DNA of 64,000 nt from Octopus vulgaris (taxonomy: Eukaryota), in the NCBI GenBank assembly GCA_951406725.2, contig OX597822.1, positions 37,820,001-37,884,000 on the forward strand, written 5' to 3'. A program made the position numbers and the translations under genes. Positions 25,605 through 37,754 of the stretch are shown one piece after another. Each line of letters opens with the position of its first letter. Positions within the stretch are counted from its first letter, which is position 1. The notes beneath the pieces were generated by a model, which saw only the letters and a program-made list of their open reading frames with translations, did not search any database and was not told the origin of the DNA.

Positions 25605-27860
25605 GAAAACAGGGTGAGCTGTTACCAGCATACCCTGAAAGGCCACGCCAGGGTTGAGTTTGAAGACGAGGTGGATCGGTGGATCGAGGAAGGGGTCCTT
25701 GTCCCTTGGAAGGAGGAGGTAACGGGCAGAGTGCTACCCCTGATGGCGGTGGTGCAGCCTACGAAGGGAAAAGTCAGACCGGTGTTGGACTTCAGGGAGC
25801 TAAACCAGCATATATCGTGTCACACGGGAGGTGAGGCGACAGACGTTTGTGGGGAGACGTTACGTGCGTAGAGACAGTCGACCGAGGCAGCGACGATTGT
25901 CGACTTGAAATCGGCATACTTGCAGCTCCATGTGAGCGACAAACTGTGGCGATATCAGCTGGTGCAGTACAAAGGCCGGATGTACTGTTTAACCAGGCTG
26001 GGTTTCGGGCTGAATTCCGCTCCGAAGATCATGGCGGCATAGGGAAAGACGGCAAGATTAGAAAACGACATTTTGGTGGACGAAACTGTAGTGCCAGCCA
26101 ACGAGGTAGTTAGACATCTGGCGAAGTTCGGACTGATTGCGAAGCCACCGGAGTCGATGGAAGGAGGAGAGAGATAGATTGGGTGAATTGGTGTTCCAGA
26201 GAGGGAATGAAATCCCAGAGCTGAGTTCCAGCGTCAGCAGGAGAGAGCTGTTCTCGGTGTGTGGGAAGTTGGTCGGTCACTACCCGATCGCCGGATGGCT
26301 GCGCACGGCGTGTAGTTACACCAAGAGACAAGCAGAGGGGAAGAGTTGGGGCGACAAGGTGGGGGAAATGACGGTGGCGATGATGCAGGAAATCCTAGAG
26401 AGGACGAGAGCGGAAGACCCGGTCAGGGGGAACTGGTACGTGCCCAAGACGGAATGCGGGACCGTCTGGTGTAATGCTAGCAGTATAGCGATAGGGGTTG
26501 TGTTGGCAATCGAAGGTGCTGCGTTGGAGGACGCGGCCTAGCTTCGGAAAGCAGATGATTTCAACCACATCAATGTCGCCGAATTAGACGCGGTGCTGAA
26601 AGGGGTGAACTTGACCCTGAAATAGGGGCTGCGCACAATTGAGATCCGGACGGATTCGGCCACTGTGCTTGGCTGGGTAGTATCGGTGATCACCGGTGAA
26701 AGGAGAGTGCGGACGAAAGGTGCCGCGGAGATGTTTGTGAAGCGCCGTCTTGGAGTTCTAGGTGAATTGATCGCCGAGTTCGAACTGAAGCTGAATGTGG
26801 TTTTCGTGCCTTCGGAGAAAAACAGCGCGGACGCACTGACCAGGGTGAAAAGAGCGTGGTTGGAAGAACCGGAGGAGGCCCGGAAAGGGATAGCTGTGGC
26901 GTGTCGGTTGGATGACTGCGAACTGAAGAGACTGCATGCTATGCATCACCTGGGTGTGGACAGGACCCTGTATCTGGCGAAGAAAATTGATGCTGACGTC
27001 ACTAAGAGAAGCATCCGGAAGGTGGTCGGGAGCTGCGACAGGTGTCAGTCCATCGACCCTGCTCCGTGTGGGCATGAACAGGGAAGCCTTTCGGAGGAGC
27101 AGAACTGGAAAAGGCTAGCTGTGGATGTGACACACTACCGTCAGGGAATGTACCTCTCCATGGTCGACTGCGGGCCAGGCTGTCTGGCAATTTGGAGGGA
27201 GTTAAGAACGGGCATTGCTGACGAGATCGCGCAGATCCTGAACGGGATATTTTTATAGAGAGGTCCCTTGGAAGAACTACTGATGGACAACGGGGCGGCG
27301 TTTCGTTCGGAAGCATTGAGGGTTATGCTTGATCGGTGGAATGTGCGTCGTTTGTTCAGAGCAACGTATAGGCCGAGCGGTAACGGGATCGTGGAGAGGC
27401 ACCATCGGACAGTCAAGGCCATAGCGGAAAGAGGGCACATTTCGCCGCTTGAAGCAGTTTTTTGGTACAACTTGTCTCCCCGATCCGGACAAGCTGAGGA
27501 ATCTGTGCCGCAGAAAGCTGTGTTCAAATATGAATAGAGGCACCCGGGCAAAGCGCCGGAGAGTCACGAGGAAGAGAAGGGACCCGTTCGCGTGAAAATA
27601 GGGGAGGAAGTCTGGGTTAAGCCACCAAAGGCGCGCTGTACGTCTCAATGGAGCAGAAGAACGGTGACGGCAGTCAATTCCAGAAACAACGTATCCGTGG
27701 ATGGAATGCCGCGACACGTCTTGGACCTTTGCAGGATTGTCGCTTCGACGGACTACGATTCTGGAGAGGGGGAGAACGAGGTGCCCAGCTTAAGAAGATC
27801 TCGACGCGCAAGGCGCCCTCCCGGTTGGATGGTCGACTATGACATGGAGCGGAGAGATTG
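25605..27860 (+). pseudogene. Gypsy pol remnant (RT, RNase H, integrase)
   Basis: KVRPVLDFRELN; SAYLQLHV...CLTRLGFGLNSAPKIM; RNase H VWCNASS...HINVAELDAV...RTDSATV; integrase HHCC (HAMHH...CDRC), LAVDVTH, LMDNG, NGIVERHHRT; several stops and deletions. Confidence 0.92.
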
Positions 27861-27864
27861 TGAT

Positions 27865-28085
27865 CTTGTAGGCCATCTTCTGATATTCTCTTCTCCTTCT
27901 CCAATTCAGAGAGGCTTGAAAACTGGAAGAATTGAAGGCGGCTTGTGTTAAATTTGAATTACTCTAAATTGGATAGAAACGGGGAAAGGGCTGGTTTTAC
28001 TTTGATAAAGTTTCACCTCATTTCCAGTTGCAAATTAACTTCATTGATCTTTGTGAATGCCATGTAAGCAATGTTACGTTAGCAA
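27865..28085 (-). repeat. 221-bp inverted copy of flanking hAT sequence 28608-28828 inside the Gypsy element
   Basis: Reverse-complement match of equal length, bracketed by a 60-bp direct duplication (27808-27867 and 28082-28141). Confidence 0.92.
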
Positions 28086-28157
28086 GGTGCCCTCCCGGTT
28101 GGATGGTGGACTACGACATGGAGCGGAGAGATTGTGATCTTTAAGATCAGGGTGGCG

Positions 28158-28437
28158 TGTGGGATGACGTCAGCAGCTGGGTGCGTTGACCGGAAGCTGG
28201 GGCCACCGGAAGGGGAAGCAGTGAGGCGTGCGCAGGCAGCGGGGATTTCGGCTTTTCCAAAGTGGGTCATCGAGGTGTTAAGACGTGTGAAGACGTTGCT
28301 AAGGTTGGGTGAAGCAGCTGCTATCTTTAGCGTTCGGGTCGGGGCTGTGACGAAGGATCCGTTACCACTGAAGGGTCTCTATCGGAGCGAAGAGAAGGTA
28401 GGTGCCTTTATATATCAACTATCTCGCACACACCACG
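28158..28437 (+). repeat. 3' LTR (280 bp)
   Basis: TGTGG...CCACG followed by the TSD; TATA-like tttatatat near the 3' end. Confidence 0.9.
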
Positions 28438-29024
28438 TGCTCTCAATTCCTGTCTGAGAATGATAAAGATTTTGAACATTTATTGTTGCTCACAGAATTT
28501 CGAAGGTTGACAAAAGGGAAACTGTCAGAGATGTGTTCATTTCCTTTTTAAAACAATTTTTGAATTCTTCCAAGATTCTAATTAACTAAGAAACAGCTAG
28601 CATGGGATTGCTAACGTAACATTGCTTACATGGCATTCACAAAGTTCAATGAAGTTAATTTACAACTGGAAATGAGGTGAAACTTTATCAAAGTAAAACC
28701 AGCCCTTTCCACGTTTCTATCCAATTTAGAGTAATTCAAATTTAACACAAGCCGCTTTCAATTCTTCCAGTTTCCAAGCCTCTCTGAATTGGAGAAGGAA
28801 AAGAGAATATCAGAAGATGGCCTACAAGTGTATTAGTCAAACTAAATGAGCCACACAGAGAAATTTTCGATAGATTTCAGGGTCTTTATTTTTGCTTAAA
28901 ATACCAGGCTGGGTGATTAATATCAATTCCTAGATATCAGAAGTAAGTAAGATGGAAGAATAGTGGCGAAAGATTTTCGGAGAAATGATGTTAGAGTAGA
29001 GAAATCAACTCAAAACGCGATTTC

Positions 29025-29270
29025 TCTGAAGATTTCCTGAAGAAGGGGCACTAACCCCGAAATACTGAAATATAATGTAAAAATACAAACTATTGAGACT
29101 TGTATTCTTTCTTATAACTTGCATTGTTTTGGTTTTATGCTTCCATCGGTAATAATTAATTTTTAATAAGCCTTCTGGTTATTTACGACATCAGCGTCTG
29201 AAAAAATGCTGAAATTTTATATATCCAGGTAACGAGATTTTACTGGTATGCAGTGAGCAGTACTTCTCAC
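29025..29270 (+). mobile_element. Short repeat starting with a hammerhead-like motif (copy 2)
   Basis: atttc-CTGAAGA-a-gggg-cactaa-cccc-GAAA-TACT-gaaat at 29032-29071; downstream sequence homologous to 22345-22545. Confidence 0.65.
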
Positions 29271-29577
29271 ATATGATGCTTTTAGTTGTACACCACTTCA
29301 AACACTCTATACATACATGTGTGTGTGTGTGTGTGTTTGTGTATGTACACGTTTGTTCACATGTTCAGAACCACATCTACGCACACTCACATATATTCAC
29401 ACATGCGGGCAGACATATATTCTGGATTTTCTTAAATTGTGACTCAATACACAAAGCAGAGTATGTATCTTTTTTAAAAACCTGCACCTTTTCAGTTCTT
29501 AATCCTGAGTCGATTCGTTCGACCAAAGGTGGTGCTCCAGCATGGCCGCAGTCCAATGACTGGAATAAGTAAAAGAG

Positions 29578-29637
<60 letters not shown>

Positions 29638-29820
29638 TCATCTGAGTAATAACCTCATAATGTGCATTTCAAAGTTCCTATACAGATATCGGCTACCATA
29701 TGCCACCATACTCCATGTACTGAATATACACATGAAAATTCTTTGGTGAACGCAAAATTCATACAAAATAGCTTTAATCACAAAACAACAATTGTTTCTG
29801 TGCATTGCTCTCAAAGCCAC

Positions 29821-29950
29821 TCACCTGATGACGTGCGGGTATATAACTACTGCTGGATGATATTTATTTGCATAATAATTAAGTAATAATATGAAATAGA
29901 AAATTCAGCGACTAACAACTGTTATTAATGCACAGAAACAATTGTTGTGA
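29821..29950 (+). ncRNA. Type I hammerhead motif with about 95-nt loop in stem II
   Basis: Stem I tcac/gtga; CTGATGA; stem II gtgc...gcac; GAAA-CAATTG-TT (palindrome AACAATTGTT). The 3' half is also present inverted at about 29772-29806; unit lies between TA tracts. Confidence 0.72.
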
Positions 29951-30826
29951 TTTGTGATTAAATCCTATTCATTCCATCTTCTTAATATATGTATATATAT
30001 ATATATATCTATATATCTATATCTATATAGTGTGTGTGTGTGCGTGTGTGATTGTGTTTGAGTGAGTGTGTGTGTGTGCGTGTATAAACATACACATGTG
30101 TGTTTACGTACATATTTAATGGTAGATGCATTTTTGTGTTCGTTGTGTCGATCTATCCAAACCATCAGCTGATATACTTCACTTTCGCTTTCAGTAACAT
30201 CCTTTCCATTATAACAAGCTTCTCCGAAGAAACAAATAAATATTCTTCTTTCAGCTCTTGACCCAAACTTTCTGCATTCTACAATGCCGAGTAACGATAA
30301 GAAAACCGCCGAGAGAATGTTTCTGCTTTTTGGCTCTTTTGCTAGTTTTCTTGAATTGTCTCTTATAGCCTTGGTTTCCTTTCTTTCATATCGTTTTCTT
30401 TTGTTTTCTAGGTCTTTTCTCTTCTTTTGTTTTGCCTCTCTCCTTGCAACTCTTGTGAAGGGGGTTATCTGTTATTGTTGCCTTTGCTAAGGGTGCTTGG
30501 TTAACATTTCCTGCCTTGAAGAATTTGCAGGGGTTCCGTAGGTAGATGCGATAAAAGAAGACAAATGTACCTACGTAGTATTTATATTCTCCGAAACGGA
30601 TCGTACAAAACCGAACATAACAGACGCGAAGTTATACAATTGTATATAATTACAAAGGCAAAAATACATACATGTATGTGTGTATGCAAACGCACGCATT
30701 CACAAGCATGTGTTATATATATATACATACATACACACACATATACATATAAATACGTATAAATGTGCGTATATATATATATATATACATACACAGTCAC
30801 ACACATGAATATGTATATATAGATGC

Positions 30827-30953
<127 letters not shown>

Positions 30954-31366
30954 CATACGTTTATATTATATATATTTATCTATATTTATACGTTCTTACA
31001 AATATTCACTCATACATGCACACATACATGCATACATGCATGCATACATACATACATACATACATACATACATACATACATACATACATACATACATACA
31101 TTACGTACATATAGAATTGATGATTTATAACTGGGAGGAAGTTCAGGAACGGCAGAAGCAATTTCTGAGTAAGAACTTTGTATAAAGACAAGACATTTGG
31201 GCAACGGAAAAGAACAGGAAGGAGGAAGACAATAACAACAACAGCAACAGTAACAACAGCAACAGTAACAACAACAACAACAACAATGGTAATAATAATA
31301 ATGAGGGTGACGATAATAATGATAATAGTAATAATAATAACAATGAGGATGATGATAATGATGATG

Positions 31367-31428
<62 letters not shown>

Positions 31429-32492
31429 GATGATGATGATGAGGAGGAGGATGATAATGAGGATGATAATAATGATGAGGAGGAGGAGAAGGGAGAGGAG
31501 GAGGTTGAATGAATGGAAGATGAGTTGTAAAACAGAAAAAAAGGGGATATTTGAATATATGTTTTAATGGAGTAATGGCGGCAATTAGTGAATAATGGCC
31601 GCGGTCGTGGAGAAGTGTGGAGGTGTGGCGGTGTGGAGGAGTAATGGCCGTGTGGTGTTGGTGATGTAAGGATAGAGGTGTGGTGAGGGTACCGTGTTGT
31701 GGTTGGGGATAATGGTGCTTGTACAGCGGTGTGGTAGAGAAGTAGTTGTGTGTGCTTGTGGTAGTGCAGTAGTGGTCATAACATAGTGTTGGTGGCGGTG
31801 GTGGTGGCGGTGGCGGCGGCGGCGGTGGTGGCAGTGGTGGGGGGTGGGATGATATTAGTATAGTGGAGGGTAGAGTAGTGGTCGATGAAGATGATGGTGT
31901 TGGGGGTGGTGTGTTTGTTGGTTGTAGTTGTGCGGTGGTGTACTCATGGTAGTGATAGTGTGGTTGCAGTGGTAGTCGTGGTTGCTGAACAGGTGGTGGT
32001 GGTGTCGTTGTAGAGATGTAAGTGCATGAGTGGTAGATGAGAAATTGGAAGACAGAGAGAGAGAGAAAGAGAGGGTGCGAGAGAAATAGAGAGAGAAGTG
32101 AAAGCGAGAGTCAGAGAGGGAGAGACACAGAAAGGAAGAGAGAGAGACTATGTGTTTGAGTGAGAGGACTGGAGAGATAGTAGGAGACAAAGAAAGTGGA
32201 TGTGTGTGTGTTTGAATGAATGAGATGAAATGTAGAATAGAGAGAGAGGGGGAGAGAGAGTGAGAGAGAGGGAGAGAGGGAGAGGGAAAAAGAGAGAGAG
32301 AGAAAAGAGAGACAGAGTTTATACGGGTGTTGGGAAGAGATGAGAGAAAGAAAGAAGTTATAATCCTACTACACTGATATTATTCTGCCTGCTTCAAGTA
32401 CAGTAATTAAGATATATTTTTAAGCAAAAATTTTGTTTTGATGCTTACTTCGGCCAAAAATCTCATTCAGAGTAGATATAATTGTTATGCAA

Positions 32493-32712
32493 TAATCCTT
32501 TCTATGCTATAGGCACACAGTCTGAAATTTTGGGGAAGGAGTCGAGTCGATTGCATCGATCTCAATGCATGTCTGATGCTTCTTCTATCGACCTCGAAAG
32601 AATGAAAGGCAAAGTCTACTTCGGTGGAATTTGAACTTATTACGTAAAGGCGGACGAACTGCCGCTAAGCATTTTGCCCATCGTGCTAACAATTCTGCCA
32701 GACTGCCTCCTT
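32493..32712 (-). mobile_element. SINE family B (diverged)
   Basis: gaaagaatgaaaggcaaagtctacttcggtggaatttgaac...tgctaacaattctgcca. Confidence 0.75.
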
Positions 32713-33016
32713 GTTATCTAACAATGCAATATTTTTCGGGAACCCTGGTGGGCATTTCCTAGAATAATTTGCATACCGGGAGACAATATCACTTGTTACC
32801 TGGATTAATTTTTTTTTTTTATACTTCTATCGTTCGTGTTCTAGTTGGTGTCTAAATTGTCTTTAAAAGACGTTACGCTAAGAATTCATATATTGCGACA
32901 ACGGTGTTTTGAATGCCTGACTTGTTCGGATAGTTTTTATTTCTTTTTAACCTTATAAGCGATTTCTTTTTTCAAATAAGCACTTAACGGTTATGGTCTT
33001 GATTTACACACACACA

Positions 33017-33095
<79 letters not shown>

Positions 33096-33110
33096 GTAAC
33101 AACATGTACA

Positions 33111-33255
33111 CACTAGCGGCCCGCTCCGAGTAGCACTTTTAAAGGGACGGCACTTTTGGGTCCGCTGTATGCAATATGTGTTTTTTATGGGGCCCGGGGG
33201 GAGGTGACAAATGGAAGGGTCGCCCCAGGTGGCATACACTCTAGCTACGCTAGTG
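33111..33255. mobile_element. hAT-type MITE (145 bp)
   Basis: TIR cactagcg/cgctagtg; 8-bp TSD catgtaca/tatgtaca (7 of 8). Confidence 0.75.
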
Positions 33256-33440
33256 TATGTACATCTACATTGTGAAGGAGTTGGGGAAGACGACGAGTAG
33301 CAGAGTCGTTACCGCACTGGAAAAATGCTTCCATTCTGGGTTCAAATGCTGCCGGAATCAACTTCGTCGTTTCAGGGTCGATAAAATAAGTACCAATTGA
33401 ACACTGGTCGTCGGTGTAATCGACTTACACCCAAATTTTG

Positions 33441-33584
<144 letters not shown>

Positions 33585-33605
33585 GTCTGCCTATCTATCT
33601 GTCTG

Positions 33606-33653
<48 letters not shown>

Positions 33654-33800
33654 ATAATCTATCTATCTATCTATCTAATAATCTATCTATCTATCTATCT
33701 ATCTGTCTCTCTCTCTCTCTCCACGCACACACTCACACACACACAAACACACATGAGGCTAGTACTCATTTCACGAATGAGTACCAGTGCAGGAGAATAG

Positions 33801-34024
33801 GGCGTAGGAGTGGGTGTGTGGTAAGTAGCTTGCTTATCAACCACATGGTTCCGGGTTCAGTTCCACTGCGTGATATCTTGGGCAAGTATCTTCTACTATA
33901 GCCAGAGGCCGACCAAAGCCTTGTGAGTGGATTTGGTAGATGGAAACTGAGAGAAGCCCATCGTATAGTATATATATATATGTGTGTGTGCGTGTGTGTT
34001 TGTTTGTCCCCCTACCCTCGCTTG

Positions 34025-34026
<2 letters not shown>
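33801..34026 (+). mobile_element. SINE family A, 5' half
   Basis: Head and box present; breaks off at cgcttga where (AAT)n begins. Confidence 0.8.
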
Positions 34027-34089
<63 letters not shown>

Positions 34090-34090
<1 letters not shown>

Positions 34091-34533
34091 GCAATAAAAA
34101 CATGGTTTTGGTCTCTGAGGACAACTCCAACAGAATTAAATTTATGTCTAATAATTCTAACATCAAGAATTCTATATACCAGTGTAAAATTTCTTGTGGT
34201 ACCGATGTCTACTTCTACATTGGTGCATCCTCTTCCCAGTTATCTAAGAGAATTTCAAATCATTATTCATCATTTAGGGATATCAGTAAACGTCATAGCA
34301 CAGTGTTAAGTGAATTGGTTTGGTATCTTAAAGACAACAATAAGGATTTTAGGTTAGATTGGTTCATCCTGTCCATATCTTTTCCTTATGATAAGGGCAA
34401 AGGATTTCGTAACATTTGCAACTCTGAACTCTTCCATATCTTCTTCTCTAAGAATCACCTTGTTAATACACTTATAGAGCGACCTTACAAATGTAAGCAC
34501 TGGCAGAAACATATCTTTAGCTCATATAAGTGA
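34090..34533 (+). pseudogene. PLE GIY-YIG endonuclease domain (open frame, no RT upstream)
   Basis: SIY...YIG motif and conserved R, H, E and N positions; clearly homologous to the domain at 37755-38200 on the minus strand. Confidence 0.85.
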
Positions 34534-34808
34534 TTTTGCCAGTCTTTATAGTTTGAACAGTTAGTTTAACTTGCACTTTACTTCAATAGAAAAATCTACT
34601 TCCAAGCCTTTGAACATTTTTTCAACCAATGTATCCCTCTTTATTTGTTCTCTACTTATTATTTCTTTACCCCATCTCTTTCTAGTATCTGCCTTTGACG
34701 TCGAATCTACTAACGGTTTTCTTAAAAATACTTAATAACGTTCTGTTTATCATTTATGCAGTCATCGAAATTGTTATAATGTCTTGTTGTTGAGATATGC
34801 TCTCTTTT

Positions 34809-34889
34809 TTTCCTGATGAGAAGATTGCATTTTACACCGTTTATTCCTTTGGAATAAAACCAATGTTGTCTTCGAAACATATGTCGAAA
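34809..34889 (+). ncRNA. Minimal type I hammerhead ribozyme, canonical core
   Basis: Stem I tttc/gaaa; CTGATGA; stem II gaaga/tcttc extended by gcatt/aatgt and tttattcc/ggaataaa; GAAA-CATATG-TC, predicted cut after C34885. Confidence 0.9.
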
Positions 34890-34933
34890 GTAAAAGAATT
34901 TGAATAGCATCTGCGTTCAACTCCATTTATTTA

Positions 34934-35002
<69 letters not shown>

Positions 35003-35005
<3 letters not shown>

Positions 35006-35525
35006 TTGGCAGAGTTAGCGGTTGTAGTAACCGTCTTAGGGATATTAGCATCCGTACTTACTATCGGTATCAATTAACTATGCTGTTCCTGGGCATGGGT
35101 ATGCAGGCACACTACGCTGATCGGGTGCAGGTAACAATAGAATAAGCAAAAGTTTATCAGGAATAAAATTTAAATAATCAGAAAATTGAGAAAACCTTTG
35201 ATCAACAAACAAATTGACCAACATTGATTATTTTTTTTAATACAAAACATGACATAACGTTTCTTACGGCCGTTTCCGCTTCCAATGTTAGTTAGTGCTT
35301 CCGAAAGAAATTCTGAAAATAAGATATTGGCAGAAAAACAAATTACTCGAAACGTATTGATGAAAGGGCAGAACATAAGTCAAAATTTTAATATTTTTCA
35401 AAGAAATACCTTTGCCTACATCTTTGAAATAGATAAAAATATATTAAAACAATTTCAATGGTTTATTGTATTTCAATCATCTATCATAATACCTTAACGT
35501 ACTAAAATTCAGAAATTATGTAAGT
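35003..35525 (-). mobile_element. (TA)n-embedded non-coding element with 3' half of a hammerhead
   Basis: TA tracts on both sides; minus strand GAAA-CGGCCG-TA-agaaa at about 35260-35277; no CTGANGA partner found. Confidence 0.5.
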
Positions 35526-35575
<50 letters not shown>

Positions 35576-35577
<2 letters not shown>

Positions 35578-35942
35578 TGGCACTCCGTCGGTCACGACGA
35601 CGAGGGTTGCAGTTGATCCGATCAACGGAACAGCCTGCTCATGAAATTAACGTGTAAGTGGCTGAGCACTCCACAGACACGTGTACCCTTAACGTAGTTA
35701 GCGGGGAGATGCAATGTGACACAGGTCGCAACAAGGCTGGCACTTCGAAATGCGAGTACAACAAAAACAGGAAGAAAGAGTGAGAGAAAGTTGTGAAGAA
35801 AGAGTACAGCAGGGTTCGCCACCCCCCTGCCGGAGCCTCGTGGAGCTTCAGGTGTTTTCGCTCAATAAACACCCTGGGAATCAAAACTGCGATTCCAAGA
35901 CCGCGAGTCCGTTACCCTAACCACTGGGCCATTGCGTTTCCA
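35576..35942 (-). mobile_element. SINE family C variant
   Basis: gatcaacggaacagcctgctcatgaaattaacg shared with 2586-2879; tRNA-like head at the right end. Confidence 0.78.
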
Positions 35943-36223
35943 CACACACACACACAAAGTTACTTAGAAGATATGTGAACCTCATAAAGGGATGGTTACA
36001 TCCAAGGAAACATTGGTTCTATACCTAGTGTTTTGGGAAATGAACTTTACTGAAATCTATAGGTATATACTAAGCGTATAATTCATGTGCAGTTAATTGA
36101 AGGAAAGAAAATGGAGAGTTAAAAGTTAATCATTATGTATTATTAAAAGTAAAGATTACCAATTTTTTAATAATAAATAATTATTTATTTTAAGTCTCCA
36201 TTTTCTTTCCTTCAATTAACTGA

Positions 36224-36324
<101 letters not shown>

Positions 36325-36356
36325 CATACATATACGTATGTATATATGTATGTGTA

Positions 36357-36411
<55 letters not shown>

Positions 36412-36604
36412 ATATATATGTATATATATACGCATACGTATATATATACACACATATGTATATGCATACACACACACACTCACGTACCAATCTTGATACT
36501 GTGTCAACCAGGCTTCCCGTTGATAAGCCGCTGATTTTTAATGTGTTTAATACTAATGGCATGCAAATAGCTCCAGTTCTCTGGAATTGTCAAGTGATGC
36601 AAGT

Positions 36605-36647
36605 ATCGCTGATGAGACCCCAATAAATGTAGAAAATCGATTAAGGC
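36605..36647 (+). ncRNA. Decayed minimal hammerhead motif
   Basis: CTGATGA, short stem II ac/gt, GAAA-ATCGAT-TA (palindrome AATCGATT); stem I pairs poorly; about 100 nt before (TA)n. Confidence 0.4.
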
Positions 36648-36741
36648 TGTTTATCATGTTTTCAGTCTACGGAGTAACAGGTAAAATTGACATATTTGTG
36701 TGTCTACTATGTAGGTCTATGTTATATGTTATATGATATAT

Positions 36742-36795
<54 letters not shown>

Positions 36796-37083
36796 TACAT
36801 ACATACATACATACTGTTACACATTCATATCTATGTGTATACGTGTGTAGAATACATCCCCACTTTGGCACTATTTGTTAGTGAACAGTACGAACTGTGT
36901 TTTAAAGTAAACAGTATTAATACGCTGTGTCTAACGATATATAGGTGTCGCTGCGCTGAAAGTAGCGCAGTTCGTGTAACATGGAAAAGTAAATAAACAC
37001 GTAAAAGAATAACTATATATATATATATTTAGTGAGGGAAGAAATGGAGCTGAACGAAGATTTTACAAAGTTCCTTTTTATTA

Positions 37084-37167
37084 TTTTCTACATATGTTTC
37101 AAAGGCTGCAAAGTCCCTAATTCGGATTGAATAAGGAGACCATTTTGCAGCTTTCTCTCCAGGAAAA
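37084..37167 (-). ncRNA. Minimal hammerhead motif in PLE 3' UTR (core CUGGAGA)
   Basis: Minus strand: ttttc-CTGGAGA-gaaagctgcaaa...tttgcagccttt-GAAA-CATATG-TA-gaaaa; same position and same ACATATGT palindrome as 34809-34889; A6 reads G. Confidence 0.75.
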
Positions 37168-37754
37168 TCCAGGAACTTAAATCTCCAACAAAATGCGCAG
37201 CAAGCTTTTCGACAAACGCTCTCTAGGAGCCCATGGTATGAATGGCACAAAACTGTCTCTCAATATGCGTTGACGTCGGGCTGGGTGAAAGCCGACGAAA
37301 AAGTCCGTTGAGATAATTCGAGGTCAAAATCCGGTTAACATGGGGGAGGGGAAGAATTACAGAAAACCAAAGAGTGTGAATATATTCTGTATGACTAGTG
37401 TTAATATTCGAAATGTTTTAAGAATGAGTGCTATCGTGTTTGGGTGTGAGAAATTGCCTACATGTATGTGTGTGTGCGCCTATGTATGTGTGGCAGTATG
37501 TTTAGGAAGCTGCTAGGGAGAAATATATAGCAGCTATTAATGGTCAAGCAGCTGAAAACAAACCTGTGTCTGTGTGTTCGTCTGTGACCAGTTTATAGAG
37601 AGATGGCTTGTCAACAATGGGAGTATACATCCCTGATAGTATTACTAAATAAGTAGCAGTTCATACGCTAAAAGGGGAGTAATTTCCCCTTACAAATTTA
37701 ATTCAATTTTTTTTTTCCTTTCTTAGGACTTCAAGGGGTTAATTATCTTAGACT

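Larger units (their letters stand above)
25445..28437 (+). mobile_element. Ty3/Gypsy LTR retrotransposon, deleted and decayed
   Basis: TSD TGCTC at 25440-25444 and 28438-28442; LTRs begin TGTGG and the 3' LTR ends CCACG; pol order RT-RNaseH-integrase. Confidence 0.93.
25385..28900 (+). pseudogene. hAT (Buster/Charlie-type) transposase remnant split by the Gypsy insertion (pieces 25385-25444 and 28438-28900)
   Basis: Joining across one TGCTC gives LKKSMSDVIRAVNKIKAYALNSCL...ENDKDFEHLLLLTEFRRLTKG...FTKFNEVNLQL...FFQFPSLSELEKEK, matching the Buster-type LLHTEVRWLSKG region. Confidence 0.8.
34026..34936 (+). mobile_element. 5'-truncated Penelope-like element (GIY-YIG domain, 3' UTR, HHR)
   Basis: SIYQCKISCGTDVYFYIGASSSQLSKRISNHYSSF...LSELVWYLK...ICNSELFHI...CKHW, stop at 34533; 400-nt UTR with HHR; ends at (TA)n. 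Confidence 0.88.

Noticed and set aside
37195-37270. Second hammerhead in the PLE 3' UTR (minus strand GAAAAGCTT)
   Set aside because: No CUGANGA core and the cleavage position would be G.
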